Shown here piece after piece: positions 44,023-53,266 of a DNA stretch of 64,000 nucleotides. The DNA is from an uncultured bacterium (GTDB lineage Bacteria > Desulfobacterota_D > UBA1144 > Nemesobacterales > UBA2774): contig CAWGRW010000009.1 in assembly GCA_963825135.1 (NCBI GenBank), forward strand, positions 2,506,443-2,570,442, read 5' to 3'. The first letter of the stretch is position 1. Every line of letters begins with the position of its first letter. The notes below the pieces were generated by a model. It worked only from the letters and a program-made list of their open reading frames with translations, was not told the origin of the DNA and ran no database searches. The translations under genes and the position numbers were made by a program.

Positions 44023-45156
44023 TCAGAGGCCGAACCAGCGGGCGCGCCTGCTCGAACCGAAATGCTCCTTTGCGGTCCGCATGGCGACTGAAGGCTCGTG
44101 GTATATACCCGTGGGCGAAGGCCCCGAGAAGAAATCCACGTCTACCCGGCCGATCTTCCCGGCGCCGAACTCGATGTAGCAGGAACCCGCGCCGGTGTAA
44201 GCCCCTGACTGCCCGCCCCCGCGTATGCGCGCGATAAGCGAATCCGCGACGGCGCGGGCCGCGGCCTCGGCAAACACGCCCGCCTTGGGCGTTCCGGTAT
44301 TCGCGATGTCCCCGATTGCGTAGACCCCGTCGAATCGTGTCTCGAGCGTCCGCGGATTGACGGGCACCCAGCCGTTCTCGGCCATGCCGCTTTCCTCGAC
44401 AACCTTCGGCGCACAGTGCCTGGGCACGCCCAGGTATAAGTCGTAGGGCAGCTCGCTGCCGTCGTCCAGCACCGCCACGCGGCGGCCGGGGTCGAGCGAA
44501 GCCACGCGGCGGCCGGGGACAAACTTGATGCCGCGCTCAGAAAAGGCGGCGACGAGCGCCCTGGAAGTGTCGGGCGACGGCGGCACCGGGCTCCCAAACG
44601 GCAGCACCAGCGTAATTTCGCATCGGCCGCGGACGCCCTTTGTCCTCAGGTAGTCGTGCAGCAGAAGCGCGCATTCGCTCGGCGCCGGCGGGCACTTGTA
44701 CGGCGCCGCGGAAACGCCGATGACGGCCGGGCCCTTTGAGAAATTTTGAAGCATCCCGCGCAGCCGCTCCGCCCCGGCCGCGGAATAAAACTCGCAGCCC
44801 TCCTCGGCAAGCCCCGGCGTGGCGTCGAGGTCGTAGTCGGCGCCCAGCGCGACTACCAGGACATCTGACTCGAAGCCGCCGGCATCGGTAGTGACGCGCC
44901 GCGCTTCCGGATCAATCGCGGTAATCGTCTCCCGCACAAAGCGCACTCCCGTTTTTACAAAGTTACGGTACGGCAGACGGACCGCGTCAAACACCGTTCG
45001 GCCGAACATTACGTCGAGCTTCGAGTAGCCGAAAATAAAGTGGTCGTTCTTGTCGATGAGGGTCACATCGACCTCATCGCTGAGCGCCTCCGACAACAGG
45101 GTGCTGAGCTCGAGGCCTCCGAAACCCGCTCCGAGAACCAGGACGCGCGTCTTCAT
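44023..45156 (-). CDS. FAD-dependent oxidoreductase, SQR/FCSD-like
   Basis: GAGFGG, PYKCPPAP, VYAIGD, PKAGVFA and CYIEFG. Confidence 0.8.
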   Translation of the reverse strand: MKTRVLVLGAGFGGLELSTLLSEALSDEVDVTLIDKNDHFIFGYSKLDVMFGRTVFDAVRLPYRNFVKTGVRFVRETITAIDPEARRVTTDAGGFESDVLVVALGADYDLDATPGLAEEGCEFYSAAGAERLRGMLQNFSKGPAVIGVSAAPYKCPPAPSECALLLHDYLRTKGVRGRCEITLVLPFGSPVPPSPDTSRALVAAFSERGIKFVPGRRVASLDPGRRVAVLDDGSELPYDLYLGVPRHCAPKVVEESGMAENGWVPVNPRTLETRFDGVYAIGDIANTGTPKAGVFAEAAARAVADSLIARIRGGGQSGAYTGAGSCYIEFGAGKIGRVDVDFFSGPSPTGIYHEPSVAMRTAKEHFGSSRRARWFGL

Positions 45157-45237
45157 GGAGATATCCTCCCAAAAAAAGAATTGTCGATGCTCTCGCGGCG
45201 GGCAGCGCATTGCGATCGCAATGACATCTATTATTCT

Positions 45238-45380
45238 GTCATCGCGAGAACTGCTCTGATGAATAAGAAGAGCAGGTCGCCATTGGCTGAATACTGTGCT
45301 CTTATATGCTAAGGCACATAGAATATTAATCCAAAACGGAGCGACTGTGGCGATCTCGCTTTATTCATGAGATTACCGCG
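45238..45380. repeat. GTCAT.GCGAG...GCGATCTC-type palindromic repeat interrupted by an 85-nt insert
   Basis: GTCATCGCGAG at 45238 and CGGAGCGACTGTGGCGATCTC at 45337, followed by a partner arm GAGATTACCGCG. Confidence 0.6.
45249..45333 (+). mobile_element. 85-nt structured insert (AAC...CCA type)
   Basis: AA-CTGCTCT-N11-AGAGCAG-GTC ... TGTGC/GCACA hairpin ... TATTAATCCA. Boundaries inferred from the repeat consensus, with no empty site in the window. Confidence 0.5.
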
Positions 45381-45392
45381 GTATAAGAATTC

Positions 45393-46415
45393 CTACTTAT
45401 ACGCTATGGCGGCGCTCGAAGGGCCAATGAGGTGTATCACCTCGAACTTCCTGAACCCGGCCTCCGCGCACCACTCCGCGAAATCGGCGCCCGTGTAGTC
45501 AAACCCCTCGCCCGTCTCGATCAGCATGTTGAGGGACATCAGGAGACCGAACGTGTTCTCCCTGCGCTCGTCGTCGATAAGCTGCTCAATCACTATGAAC
45601 GCCCCTTTTTCAGGAAGGGCATCGTACGCCGCCCTTATCAGGGCCTTTTTCTTATCGAGGCTCCAGTCGTGGAGTATCATCCCCATCGTAATCACCTCCG
45701 CTTTCGGAAGAGGGTCGCGGAAGAAGTCTCCTGAGGCGGTGGATATCCGGTCCGAGAGGCCCGCGCGCTCGATAGACCTTTTCGCGATGGGCTCGACCTC
45801 CGGGAGGTCGAAGGACGTGCATTTGAGGTTCCTGTGTTTTTCCGAGACCGCTATGGAGAGCACCCCCGCCGCCCCGCCCACGTCGCAGAGCGTCCTGTAC
45901 CGGGAGAAGTCGAACTTCTGGGCGAGCGCGACGAAATTATGCCGCGATATGCCGGCCATCGCCCCCATGAACTGCTCGAGGCGCGGTATGTCCGAGTATA
46001 GCTCCTCGAAGAGGGACTTCCGGCTGTGCTTTATCTCGTTCTGCGCCATTCCGGTCTTAAGCGCGTCGCCGAGGTCGTCCCAGTATTTATAGAGCCGCTT
46101 GTTGAGCATTTCGAGAATGCCGCCCAGGTACGAAGGGCTCTCCCTGTCGAGATACGCGCGTGTGGCCTCGGTGTTGGAGTAGAGCGCTCCGGGACCGTCC
46201 CCTTCCCTGCCGAGGAATCCCATGGAGAGGAGCGCGTCGAGGAAGTCCCGGACGCCTCTCGGGTGCAGCGACAGCTTCTCCCCAATCTCTCCCGCGGTCA
46301 TGGATTTGTCGCCGAGCTCGGTGAACAGGCCGAACTCGACAGCCGTAAGCAGTACCTTGGATTCCCAGAATCCGAATCCTGTGCGCATTATCGAGAATGG
46401 GTCTTTCATGGGCAT
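45393..46415 (-). CDS. SAM-dependent O-methyltransferase with N-terminal dimerisation domain
   Basis: DVGGAAG, FDLPEV, GDFF and ILHDW. Confidence 0.88.
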   Translation of the reverse strand: MPMKDPFSIMRTGFGFWESKVLLTAVEFGLFTELGDKSMTAGEIGEKLSLHPRGVRDFLDALLSMGFLGREGDGPGALYSNTEATRAYLDRESPSYLGGILEMLNKRLYKYWDDLGDALKTGMAQNEIKHSRKSLFEELYSDIPRLEQFMGAMAGISRHNFVALAQKFDFSRYRTLCDVGGAAGVLSIAVSEKHRNLKCTSFDLPEVEPIAKRSIERAGLSDRISTASGDFFRDPLPKAEVITMGMILHDWSLDKKKALIRAAYDALPEKGAFIVIEQLIDDERRENTFGLLMSLNMLIETGEGFDYTGADFAEWCAEAGFRKFEVIHLIGPSSAAIAYK

Positions 46416-46481
46416 TAATATACCCGCTATAAGTAAACTTTTTTCCTTAATGGAAAAAACAAAGATACCACACGTAATACG

Positions 46482-46916
46482 GCACACAATGTTTGTTTTA
46501 TGAAAAGGCAAAGGAAGGAAATATTATTTCTTCTTTTCCTCCTCAAATTGCAGGAGCGGCTTCCAGCCGCGATCCGTTATTTTGAAAGGACTGGATTCCC
46601 GATAAAGGAATTCGGGAATGACAAATCATTTCCCCCCTTAGGAAAAGGGGAACAGTTCCGAACGTGTGAGGAATTGGTCGGAGTTGATTAAAAGCAAAGA
46701 AGTCCCATAATCGAAGTGACATGGTATTTGAAACCAGATTCAGGGGGATTTAGTCTTTGATGATGACTGTTGAGGGATTAACGAAAAGGCAAACGGAAAA
46801 TCCTCCCTAACCCTCCTTTTCCTAAGGAGGGAATTAACTATGCAAGGCGAACTTGCTGCAGTTGCTGGATTGAGCTGAAGAGTCTGGACAGAATCATAAA
46901 ACACACGTTGTGTGTG
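46482..46916. mobile_element. Second composite element bounded by inverted CACAC-N3-GTGTG-like termini, with nested repeats
   Basis: Left arm 46482-46536 resembles 37176-37236; right arm 46850-46916. Contains a REP-like palindrome (46550-46572), a GGATTCCCG..CGGGAATGAC palindrome (46591-46622) and CCCCCTT/AAGGGGG palindromes. Confidence 0.55.
46651..46736 (+). mobile_element. 86-nt structured insert (AAC...CCA type), copy A
   Basis: Splits AAGGGG|GATT of a CCCCCTT-N5-AAGGGGG repeat; homologous to 54036-54122. Confidence 0.7.
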
Positions 46917-48791
46917 TCAGCCCTCGAGCACGAGGTTGAACACGGAGGAGTCTACGTGCACCTTGTCGCGGAGCTTCTCGTTCACCGCTATGTATATCCT
47001 GTCCCCGTATCTCGACAGGCGGTTGATGAGCGTGTGCAGGTGATGGCGCTCGGCCTCGTGTATCTCCTCGATATTGAGCGTGACCGAGGAGGACGAGCTC
47101 TGGAGCACGTTTTCTATGTGCGTGCCCATGCGCTCGAAGAATTCCCCGCCGAGCACCCCTTTCATGGATATGGAGAGGTTGTGCGCCGCGTTCCTTACCC
47201 TATCGAGGGATACTTCGAGCACGCCCTTTTTGAGATAGCGCTCGAAGGTTTCCTCGAACGCCGCGAGGTGGTTCCTGGCGAGGCTGCCCTCTTCTTCCGT
47301 TACCCTTATGAAATGACGGTCGATGTAATTCCTCATCGAGATGCCTATGATCCAGTCCTGCACGACGAGCGGAACCATGCCCGGGTTCGTGAACGGGAAC
47401 GTCCTTAAGACATGATACGCCCTCGAAAACCCGCCCGGTATTATGCCGTTCACGATGAAGTTCTTAAGCGAGCGTATCTGGTCCCCGATGCCGTACGTGC
47501 TCCTGAAAATGGGGTTCTTCATGTATTTCATTTTATTCCCTATCCTCTCGGCTATGGTCGCGTCGTCAAGGAGCCTGTAGTAGAGCTCCCGGTAGCCGCT
47601 CACCATCTCGTCGTAGGACATCTGTTTCGGTATGAGGTTCGTGCCGAGCTTGGTGTTGTCGGTCCCGCTCGCTTCCTTGAGCAGGCGGCCGTCTTTCTCC
47701 AGACGCTCGTAAAGAGGCGTCTTGGGCACGGCCGTGAGGAGGCCTATCATCGCCGCCTGAATGCCGGAGCTCTGTATGAAATTGTACTGGAGGTCGAACG
47801 TGCGGACGGTATCGTTATCGAACCCGATTATGAAGCCCGCGAGCACCTCTATGCCGTATGAATAAACGTGCCTTATGGAGCTGAGTATGTCGCCCCTCGT
47901 GTTCTGGAACTTGAGCGTTTCCTTCAAGCTCCCCTCGTCCGGGGACTCTATGCCTATGAACACCCAGCCGAAGTTCGCCTTCGTGAAGAGCTCCAGAAGC
48001 TCGTCGTCTTGCGCGATGTTGAGAGACGCCTCGGTCCCGAAGAGGAATTTGTAGTCGTGCTCCTTCTGATAATCCGTCAGGTAAGCCATGAGCTTCTTGG
48101 CGACGGGCTTGTTTCCGATCAGGTTGTCGTCGACGAAGAATACGTTCGTGACGTTTAATTTCCTAAGCTCGTCGAGCTCCCTCCCCACCTGCTCGAACGC
48201 CTTGACCCTGGGCTTCCGCCCGAACATTACTATTATGTCGCAGAACTCGCACCGGTACGGGCACCCCCTGGAGAACTGGAGGCTCACCGCCTGGTACTTG
48301 TCGAGCTTGAGCAGGTCGAACCGGGGCGTCGGGGAGTCCTCGAGCGAGACCTCTTCGCATTCCTTATAGAGCTTCGCCGGGGAGCCGCTGTCAAAATCGG
48401 CGCAGAACCTCTTCCATATGTATTCGGCTTCGCCCGCGACCACGGTGTCGGCTATCGTCTGATAGTACTCCGGGCACAGGGAGGCGTAACTCCCGCCGGC
48501 GACGACGTAGTACCCCCTGTTCCTGTAAAACCTGAGAAGCTCCTTCTGTCTCAGGAACTGCACCCCCATCCCGCAGACGCCTATGACGTCGGCCACGGGG
48601 TTGAGCGGTATGGTCTCGATGTTTTCGTCTATTATTTCGATTTCCCACTCGGACGGGCTCAGGGCCGCGAGCGTCGCCAGCCCCAGGGGCGGGTTTATGG
48701 TCCTTATGTCCCGGGGCATGATGTTGTCGACCGCCCATTTGAAGCTCCAGAAGCTCTCCGGGAATCTCGGGTTAATGAGTAAAAGTTTCAT
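46917..48791 (-). CDS. B12-binding radical SAM protein (DUF4070-type) with C-terminal extension
   Basis: PPLGLATLA, VAGG, RGCPYRCEFC, FVDDN, IGIES and PKTPLY. Confidence 0.88.
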   Translation of the reverse strand: MKLLLINPRFPESFWSFKWAVDNIMPRDIRTINPPLGLATLAALSPSEWEIEIIDENIETIPLNPVADVIGVCGMGVQFLRQKELLRFYRNRGYYVVAGGSYASLCPEYYQTIADTVVAGEAEYIWKRFCADFDSGSPAKLYKECEEVSLEDSPTPRFDLLKLDKYQAVSLQFSRGCPYRCEFCDIIVMFGRKPRVKAFEQVGRELDELRKLNVTNVFFVDDNLIGNKPVAKKLMAYLTDYQKEHDYKFLFGTEASLNIAQDDELLELFTKANFGWVFIGIESPDEGSLKETLKFQNTRGDILSSIRHVYSYGIEVLAGFIIGFDNDTVRTFDLQYNFIQSSGIQAAMIGLLTAVPKTPLYERLEKDGRLLKEASGTDNTKLGTNLIPKQMSYDEMVSGYRELYYRLLDDATIAERIGNKMKYMKNPIFRSTYGIGDQIRSLKNFIVNGIIPGGFSRAYHVLRTFPFTNPGMVPLVVQDWIIGISMRNYIDRHFIRVTEEEGSLARNHLAAFEETFERYLKKGVLEVSLDRVRNAAHNLSISMKGVLGGEFFERMGTHIENVLQSSSSSVTLNIEEIHEAERHHLHTLINRLSRYGDRIYIAVNEKLRDKVHVDSSVFNLVLEG

Positions 48792-49018
48792 CGCGCCTCC
48801 GCTCTGGCCTCGATCATCATCGCGTGATATGGATTAATGGTGATGGGTCCTTTCTGTCTCCATTGTAGATTATATTCCAAGGTTAATCAATAGATTTTAA
48901 CGGCAGGAGTGGCATCGTCTTTCACGAGTTGCGTTCTCGCCCGATTTATAAGATTGCCGCGGTTACTGGTTTAGGCAAGGTAGTTCCGGTAGAATCGTAA
49001 GAACACACATTGCGTGCG

Positions 49019-49510
49019 TCACCCGCCAGGCATCCTGAGAGCCTGCGGGGACACTATGATCCCCGTGCCGTCGGCGTAGACGTACTCTCCGGGCAGGAAT
49101 GTTACCCCCGCGAAGGTCACGGCGACGCCCGTCTCTCCAGCTCCGTTCCTCTCGGTCTTGAGCGGTATCGAAGCGAGCGCCCTGATGCCGAGGTCGAGGC
49201 CCTTTAGAGCGTCCGCGTCCCTCACGGCGCCGTAAATGACGAGCCCCTCCCAACCGTTCTTCATTGCCGACTCGGCAATGAGGTCCCCCATAAGGGCCTT
49301 TCTCACCGAGCCTCCTCCGTCGACGACCATAACCTTGCCGCGCCCGGGCCTGCCGGCAATTTCCTTCACGAACGAATTGTCCTCGAAGCACCTGACGGTG
49401 ACGACCTCGCCCCCGAACGAGCGCCTGCCGCCGAAATCCCTGAATACGGGCTCGGCGATACGGACGAGCGCGGGATAGAGGTCACAGAGGTCCGGGGTCG
49501 AGTATTCCAT
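49019..49510 (-). CDS. rraA: RraA family protein (RNase E inhibitor / HMG aldolase-like)
   Basis: [22 protein letters not shown] and YADGTGI. Confidence 0.92.
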   Translation of the reverse strand: MEYSTPDLCDLYPALVRIAEPVFRDFGGRRSFGGEVVTVRCFEDNSFVKEIAGRPGRGKVMVVDGGGSVRKALMGDLIAESAMKNGWEGLVIYGAVRDADALKGLDLGIRALASIPLKTERNGAGETGVAVTFAGVTFLPGEYVYADGTGIIVSPQALRMPGG

Positions 49511-49558
49511 GCGGGTTTATCCTGATACCGGGAATTTATACAGCCGGGGTGAGAAATT

Positions 49559-50071
49559 TCAAGCCTGTCCCCAAAGCTTCTTCGGGTATTGGAAGTCGAG
49601 GAGCTTGCCTTTGCTCTTCCCGACGTCCTTCCATTTTTCTGCCCTGAATTCGAGGAGCACGACGCCGCATGTGGGGACGTTGTCTATCCCCGCGTCCGAG
49701 AGCTCGTTCACTGCGGCGGTGACGGCGGGGTTGTGGCCGACGATCATCACGGTGCCGTACTTGTCGTCGAGCCCCTTTATCACGTCAATAAGGCCGCCCC
49801 CATCGAACGTGTAGAGCCCCTCGTCGACGAGCACGTCCGATTTCTGAAACCCGAGCTCTTTAGCAATCTTCTCGGCCGTCTTGAGAGCGCGCACTGCCGG
49901 GCTCGACGTGACGAGATCAGGCCTCAGCTTGTAATCAGCCAGGTGCTTGCCCATTTTAGGCGCTTCTTCCTTGCCCCTCCGGTTAAGTGGCCTCTGCCTG
50001 TCGTCGAGCCCGGCGTCGTCCCAGCTCGATTTTGCGTGGCGGACGATGAAGAGTGTTTTTGATTTCGGCAT
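49559..50071 (-). CDS. sixA: Histidine phosphatase, SixA family
   Basis: RHAKS, RPLN.RG, SSPAVRA and VGHNP. Confidence 0.87.
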   Translation of the reverse strand: MPKSKTLFIVRHAKSSWDDAGLDDRQRPLNRRGKEEAPKMGKHLADYKLRPDLVTSSPAVRALKTAEKIAKELGFQKSDVLVDEGLYTFDGGGLIDVIKGLDDKYGTVMIVGHNPAVTAAVNELSDAGIDNVPTCGVVLLEFRAEKWKDVGKSKGKLLDFQYPKKLWGQA

Positions 50072-50182
50072 CGCGGATCTCCTCTCTCTAAAGGCTAACA
50101 TCCGCGAGAGGTATGGCAAGGCGATTAGCAGTCCGGTCATTCCCGGGTTGGATTATAACCGGGAGACCGGCGCGGTACTCTA

Positions 50183-50211
50183 TTGTTAATTCCCCCGATT
50201 TATTGTAAAAT
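50183..50211 (+). promoter_or_regulatory. Putative promoter of IPTL-CTERM gene 1
   Basis: TTGTTA-N17-TAAAAT, conserved at 50953-50981. Confidence 0.55.
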
Positions 50212-50246
50212 TGACAAATTGTACAAATTTACAGGAGGATAAATAT

Positions 50247-50780
50247 ATGAATATATACACCCATAAAGCATTACCGTTTTACGTTTTCGCGCTGTCCGTA
50301 TTGGGACTTTTGCTCATTCCGTCTTTTAGTAACACCGCCCACGCGCAGTGCGCGGTTATAATCTGCAAGAGCGCGCCTGAATTACCGGTAGTCGATTTCA
50401 AGGTCGCTGAGCTTGTCTTTCCTTTCACCGTGTCGCAGGGCGGTGACTCCGATACGTTCGAGCTGGTTCCAAACAGCGAATGCTTCGTCTCAGCTTTCAG
50501 CGGTGATAACTACGAAGTCGTCGAAGAACCCCTCCCCGGTTGGGTGCTGGACAACGTCGAGTGCAGCGATTCGACGCTTGTCGACGTGACGTTCATCAGA
50601 AACGGGATCAGCCTCGACTGTCTCGGAGGAACGGAGATAACGTGCACGTTCACGAACGTAACTGGACACGTGTCGAACATTCCGACACTTTCCGAATGGG
50701 GGATGATCGCAGCTGCGGCCGGACTCGCGCTCGTCGGCGTGTTCTTCGCTGTGAGGCGCAGGAAGGCAGGTGTGGTTTAA
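50247..50780 (+). CDS. IPTL-CTERM sorting domain protein 1
   Basis: Signal peptide, Cys-containing beta-rich domain ending CTFTN, then IPTLSEWG-TM-RRRK tail. Confidence 0.88.
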   Translation: MNIYTHKALPFYVFALSVLGLLLIPSFSNTAHAQCAVIICKSAPELPVVDFKVAELVFPFTVSQGGDSDTFELVPNSECFVSAFSGDNYEVVEEPLPGWVLDNVECSDSTLVDVTFIRNGISLDCLGGTEITCTFTNVTGHVSNIPTLSEWGMIAAAAGLALVGVFFAVRRRKAGVV

Positions 50781-50804
50781 GAAGGGATCAACAGAGTAAA
50801 AGAT

Positions 50805-50831
50805 GAGACCCTGAAACGAGTTCAGGGTGAC
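50805..50831. repeat. CCTGAA-N5-TTCAGG palindrome downstream of IPTL gene 1
   Basis: GAGACCCTGAAACGAGTTCAGGGTGAC; related copy at 51568-51593. Confidence 0.7.
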
Positions 50832-50842
50832 GAAAGAGTTGG

Positions 50843-50881
50843 AAGCCTCTTCCTCCCGAGCGGGGGAAGGGGCTTTTTTTT
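50843..50881 (+). terminator. Intrinsic terminator
   Basis: AAGCCTCTTCCTCC..GGGGGAAGGGGCTT hairpin followed by a T run. Confidence 0.85.
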
Positions 50882-50952
50882 GGAAACGGTTCCGTAATGA
50901 CTTGAAATGTCAAAGTGTGCCGCTGTCCCGGCCGGAAATGACGGACGTTCTA

Positions 50953-50981
50953 TTGTTAATCCCCCCGGTTTATTGTAAAAT
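50953..50981 (+). promoter_or_regulatory. Putative promoter of IPTL-CTERM gene 2
   Basis: TTGTTA-N17-TAAAAT. Confidence 0.55.
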
Positions 50982-51013
50982 GGACATATTTAAGCAACTT
51001 AAAGGAGGAATAT

Positions 51014-51550
51014 ATGAATTCGAACATGCGCGGGGGATTGCCCTTTTACCTTTTTGCACTGTCTTTATTGGGACTTTTGCTGATTCCGTCGTTCTATGAC
51101 ACCGCACTGGCACAGCCGGACTGCGGCATAACAATCTGTAAAAGCGCGCCCCAGCTGCCGGTGCCTCAATCCGAAGAAGAGTCGGTCTTCTTCCCGTTCT
51201 CCGAAATACGCGGACAGTCCGTTAACGACTTTTCCGTGGCAGCCAACGGAAGTTGTACAGGGGGCGGCCTCGGTACCGGTGAGAGCGACGAGATTATCGA
51301 GGATCCCTTCGAAGGGTGGGAACTCGTAGATATCAATTGCGAGGGAGACCCGGGCATAGTTGTTACGCTCATCGAGAACGGCGTGAGCGCCCGTTGTGAG
51401 TCTCAAGGATTCACCACCTGCACATTCACGAACAGGAGACTTCCGGCGGTACCGACTCTCTCCGAATGGGGGATGATCGCGGCTGCGGGCGGACTCGCGC
51501 TCGTCGGCGTGTTCTTCGCGGTGAGGCGCAGGAGAGCGCAATCGGCGTAA
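51014..51550 (+). CDS. IPTL-CTERM sorting domain protein 2
   Basis: Paralogue of 50247-50780; VPTLSEWG-TM-RRRR tail. Confidence 0.88.
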   Translation: MNSNMRGGLPFYLFALSLLGLLLIPSFYDTALAQPDCGITICKSAPQLPVPQSEEESVFFPFSEIRGQSVNDFSVAANGSCTGGGLGTGESDEIIEDPFEGWELVDINCEGDPGIVVTLIENGVSARCESQGFTTCTFTNRRLPAVPTLSEWGMIAAAGGLALVGVFFAVRRRRAQSA

Positions 51551-51605
51551 TTGGTGAATTAAAAGATGAGATCCTGAAATAAATTCAGAATGATTGAAAA
51601 TTTGG

Positions 51606-51640
51606 AGCCTCTTCCTCCGAGCGGGGGAAGAGGCTTTTTT
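51606..51640 (+). terminator. Intrinsic terminator
   Basis: Near-identical to 50843-50881. Confidence 0.85.
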
Positions 51641-51641
51641 G

Positions 51642-52130
51642 TTACGACCAGGGCTCCCTGTAGTAGTAAACGAAGTTGGCGACCGACGGCCTCTCCGTCC
51701 AGCCGAGCTTCTTGTAGAAACCGGTCTTGTACGAGAGCTTCTCCCTGCCGTTCGTGAGCATGAGCCTCATGCAGCCCCTCCTATTACCCTCCTCCATGAC
51801 GCGCTCGACGAGGGCCTTCCCGACCCCCATGCCGCCCGAGGCGGGGCTTACGAACACGTCCGAGACGTACCCCTCGAGGCTCCCGAGCATTATGAACGGG
51901 ACCCAGTGGACGTTCAGAAAGCCTATGACGCTGTCATTCTCATCGGCGGCGACTATTATAGAATGCCCCTCCCTGTCCCTCTCGCAGTGCTCGATGAGTT
52001 TTTCGATCGGCCCCGCGACCTCGTCCGGAGGAAGGGCGTTTCTCTTCTCCGACCACCCGATCTCCCTCAGTATCTCCGCCATGCGGACCGCGTCTTTAGT
52101 TCTTGCTTCACGGATTTTTACGTCTGGCAT
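51642..52130 (-). CDS. GNAT family N-acetyltransferase
   Basis: VFVSPASGGMGVGKALV acetyl-CoA motif and FYKKLGW. Confidence 0.85.
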   Translation of the reverse strand: MPDVKIREARTKDAVRMAEILREIGWSEKRNALPPDEVAGPIEKLIEHCERDREGHSIIVAADENDSVIGFLNVHWVPFIMLGSLEGYVSDVFVSPASGGMGVGKALVERVMEEGNRRGCMRLMLTNGREKLSYKTGFYKKLGWTERPSVANFVYYYREPWS

Positions 52131-52270
52131 TTGCGTCTCCGGTCCCGGGTATTTTTGATTTATATTAACATTAAAAATATGGAAGGGCGGGGATCGTGTG
52201 GTATTCTTGAATCATCCGCTCTGCCGGACCATCTAATCAATTACCGAATAGCATCCAGGAGGTATTACAT

Positions 52271-52885
52271 ATGAGAATCGCAAAAGGCATTTCGGCGCTG
52301 CTTGTCGCCGTAATCATGCTCACGCTCGCGGGCGTTAGGGAAACGCGCGCCGAGGCCGTGACATACGTGATCGACCCCGATCACTCGCAGGTCATATTCA
52401 AGGTCAAGCACATGGGGATAAGCACGGTCACAGGCAGGTTCGACCTGATGGAAGGCTCGTACACGTTCGACGACAAGGACATTAGTAAATCGAGCGTAGA
52501 GACGACTATCACCACGGCGAGCATCAATACGAACAAGCAGAAGAGGGACGACCACCTGAAATCCCCCGACTTCCTCGACGTCTCGAAGTACCCCGCTATC
52601 ACGTTCAAGAGCAAGGAAGTGAAGAAAGGTAACGGGGACGAATTCACTATAATCGGAGACCTCACTATAAACGGCGTTACGAAGCAGGTGGAGCTTGCGG
52701 CGGAGTACGGCGGCAAGGCCAAGGACCCGATGGGGAACGAGCGCACCGCGTTCACGGCGAAGACGAAAATAGACAGGAAGGACTACGGGATTACCTGGAA
52801 CAAGACGCTCGACTCCGGAGGACTCGTAGTCGGGGACGACGTGAACATCGAGCTTGATGTCGAGGGGATCAGGAAGAAGGGGTAG
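52271..52885 (+). CDS. YceI family lipid/polyisoprenoid-binding protein
   Basis: Signal peptide; IDPDHS, RDDHLKSPDF, GDLTING and IDRKDYG. Confidence 0.93.
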   Translation: MRIAKGISALLVAVIMLTLAGVRETRAEAVTYVIDPDHSQVIFKVKHMGISTVTGRFDLMEGSYTFDDKDISKSSVETTITTASINTNKQKRDDHLKSPDFLDVSKYPAITFKSKEVKKGNGDEFTIIGDLTINGVTKQVELAAEYGGKAKDPMGNERTAFTAKTKIDRKDYGITWNKTLDSGGLVVGDDVNIELDVEGIRKKG

Positions 52886-52921
52886 TAATAAATTTTAACT
52901 CCTAAGAATTTTAGACATCTG

Positions 52922-53266
52922 TAGGAGCGGGTTCCCGGGTCAAGTCCGGGACGGGCCAGCAGCGATTGATTTCGGAATCTGCCGCAGGAAGCCTGGAAAG
53001 CTAAATCCCCCTAAATCCCCTTTTTCCAAAGGGGGAAAATGTTTTAGTTCCCTCCTTAGAAAAAGGAGGGTTAGGGAGGATTTAAAAAATCACGCATACA
53101 ATGAACGGGTGGTGAGTCACCGTGGACGTGCGGGCGTATAGCTCGTTCAATCCTTCGACCCTCCGACAAGCTCAGGACAGGCGAGCTCAGGATAAACGGG
53201 CTGGCTTCTTTCGTTGGCGAAAGCAGAGGAGGATCGGAGAAATCGCGGAACACAATATGTGTGTGC
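52922..53266. repeat. Cluster of nested palindromic repeats between convergent genes
   Basis: GTAG-REP-like repeat with internal CCCGGGTCAAGTCCGGG (52922-52965); pair of CCCCCTT/AAGGGGG repeats (53002-53083); nested TTCGAC..GCTCAGG (53142-53200); CACAC-element arm (53194-53266). Confidence 0.8.

Noticed and set aside
45256-45262. CTGATGA hammerhead core
   Set aside because: It lies in a hairpin stem/loop, with no following stem II-GAAA.
46674-46736. Hammerhead ribozyme (UGGUC...GAAACCA would form stem III)
   Set aside because: No CUGANGA core or stem I at the required position.
45249-46736. Integron attC sites (inserts start with AAC)
   Set aside because: No closing GTTRRRY, no single long hairpin and no integrase.
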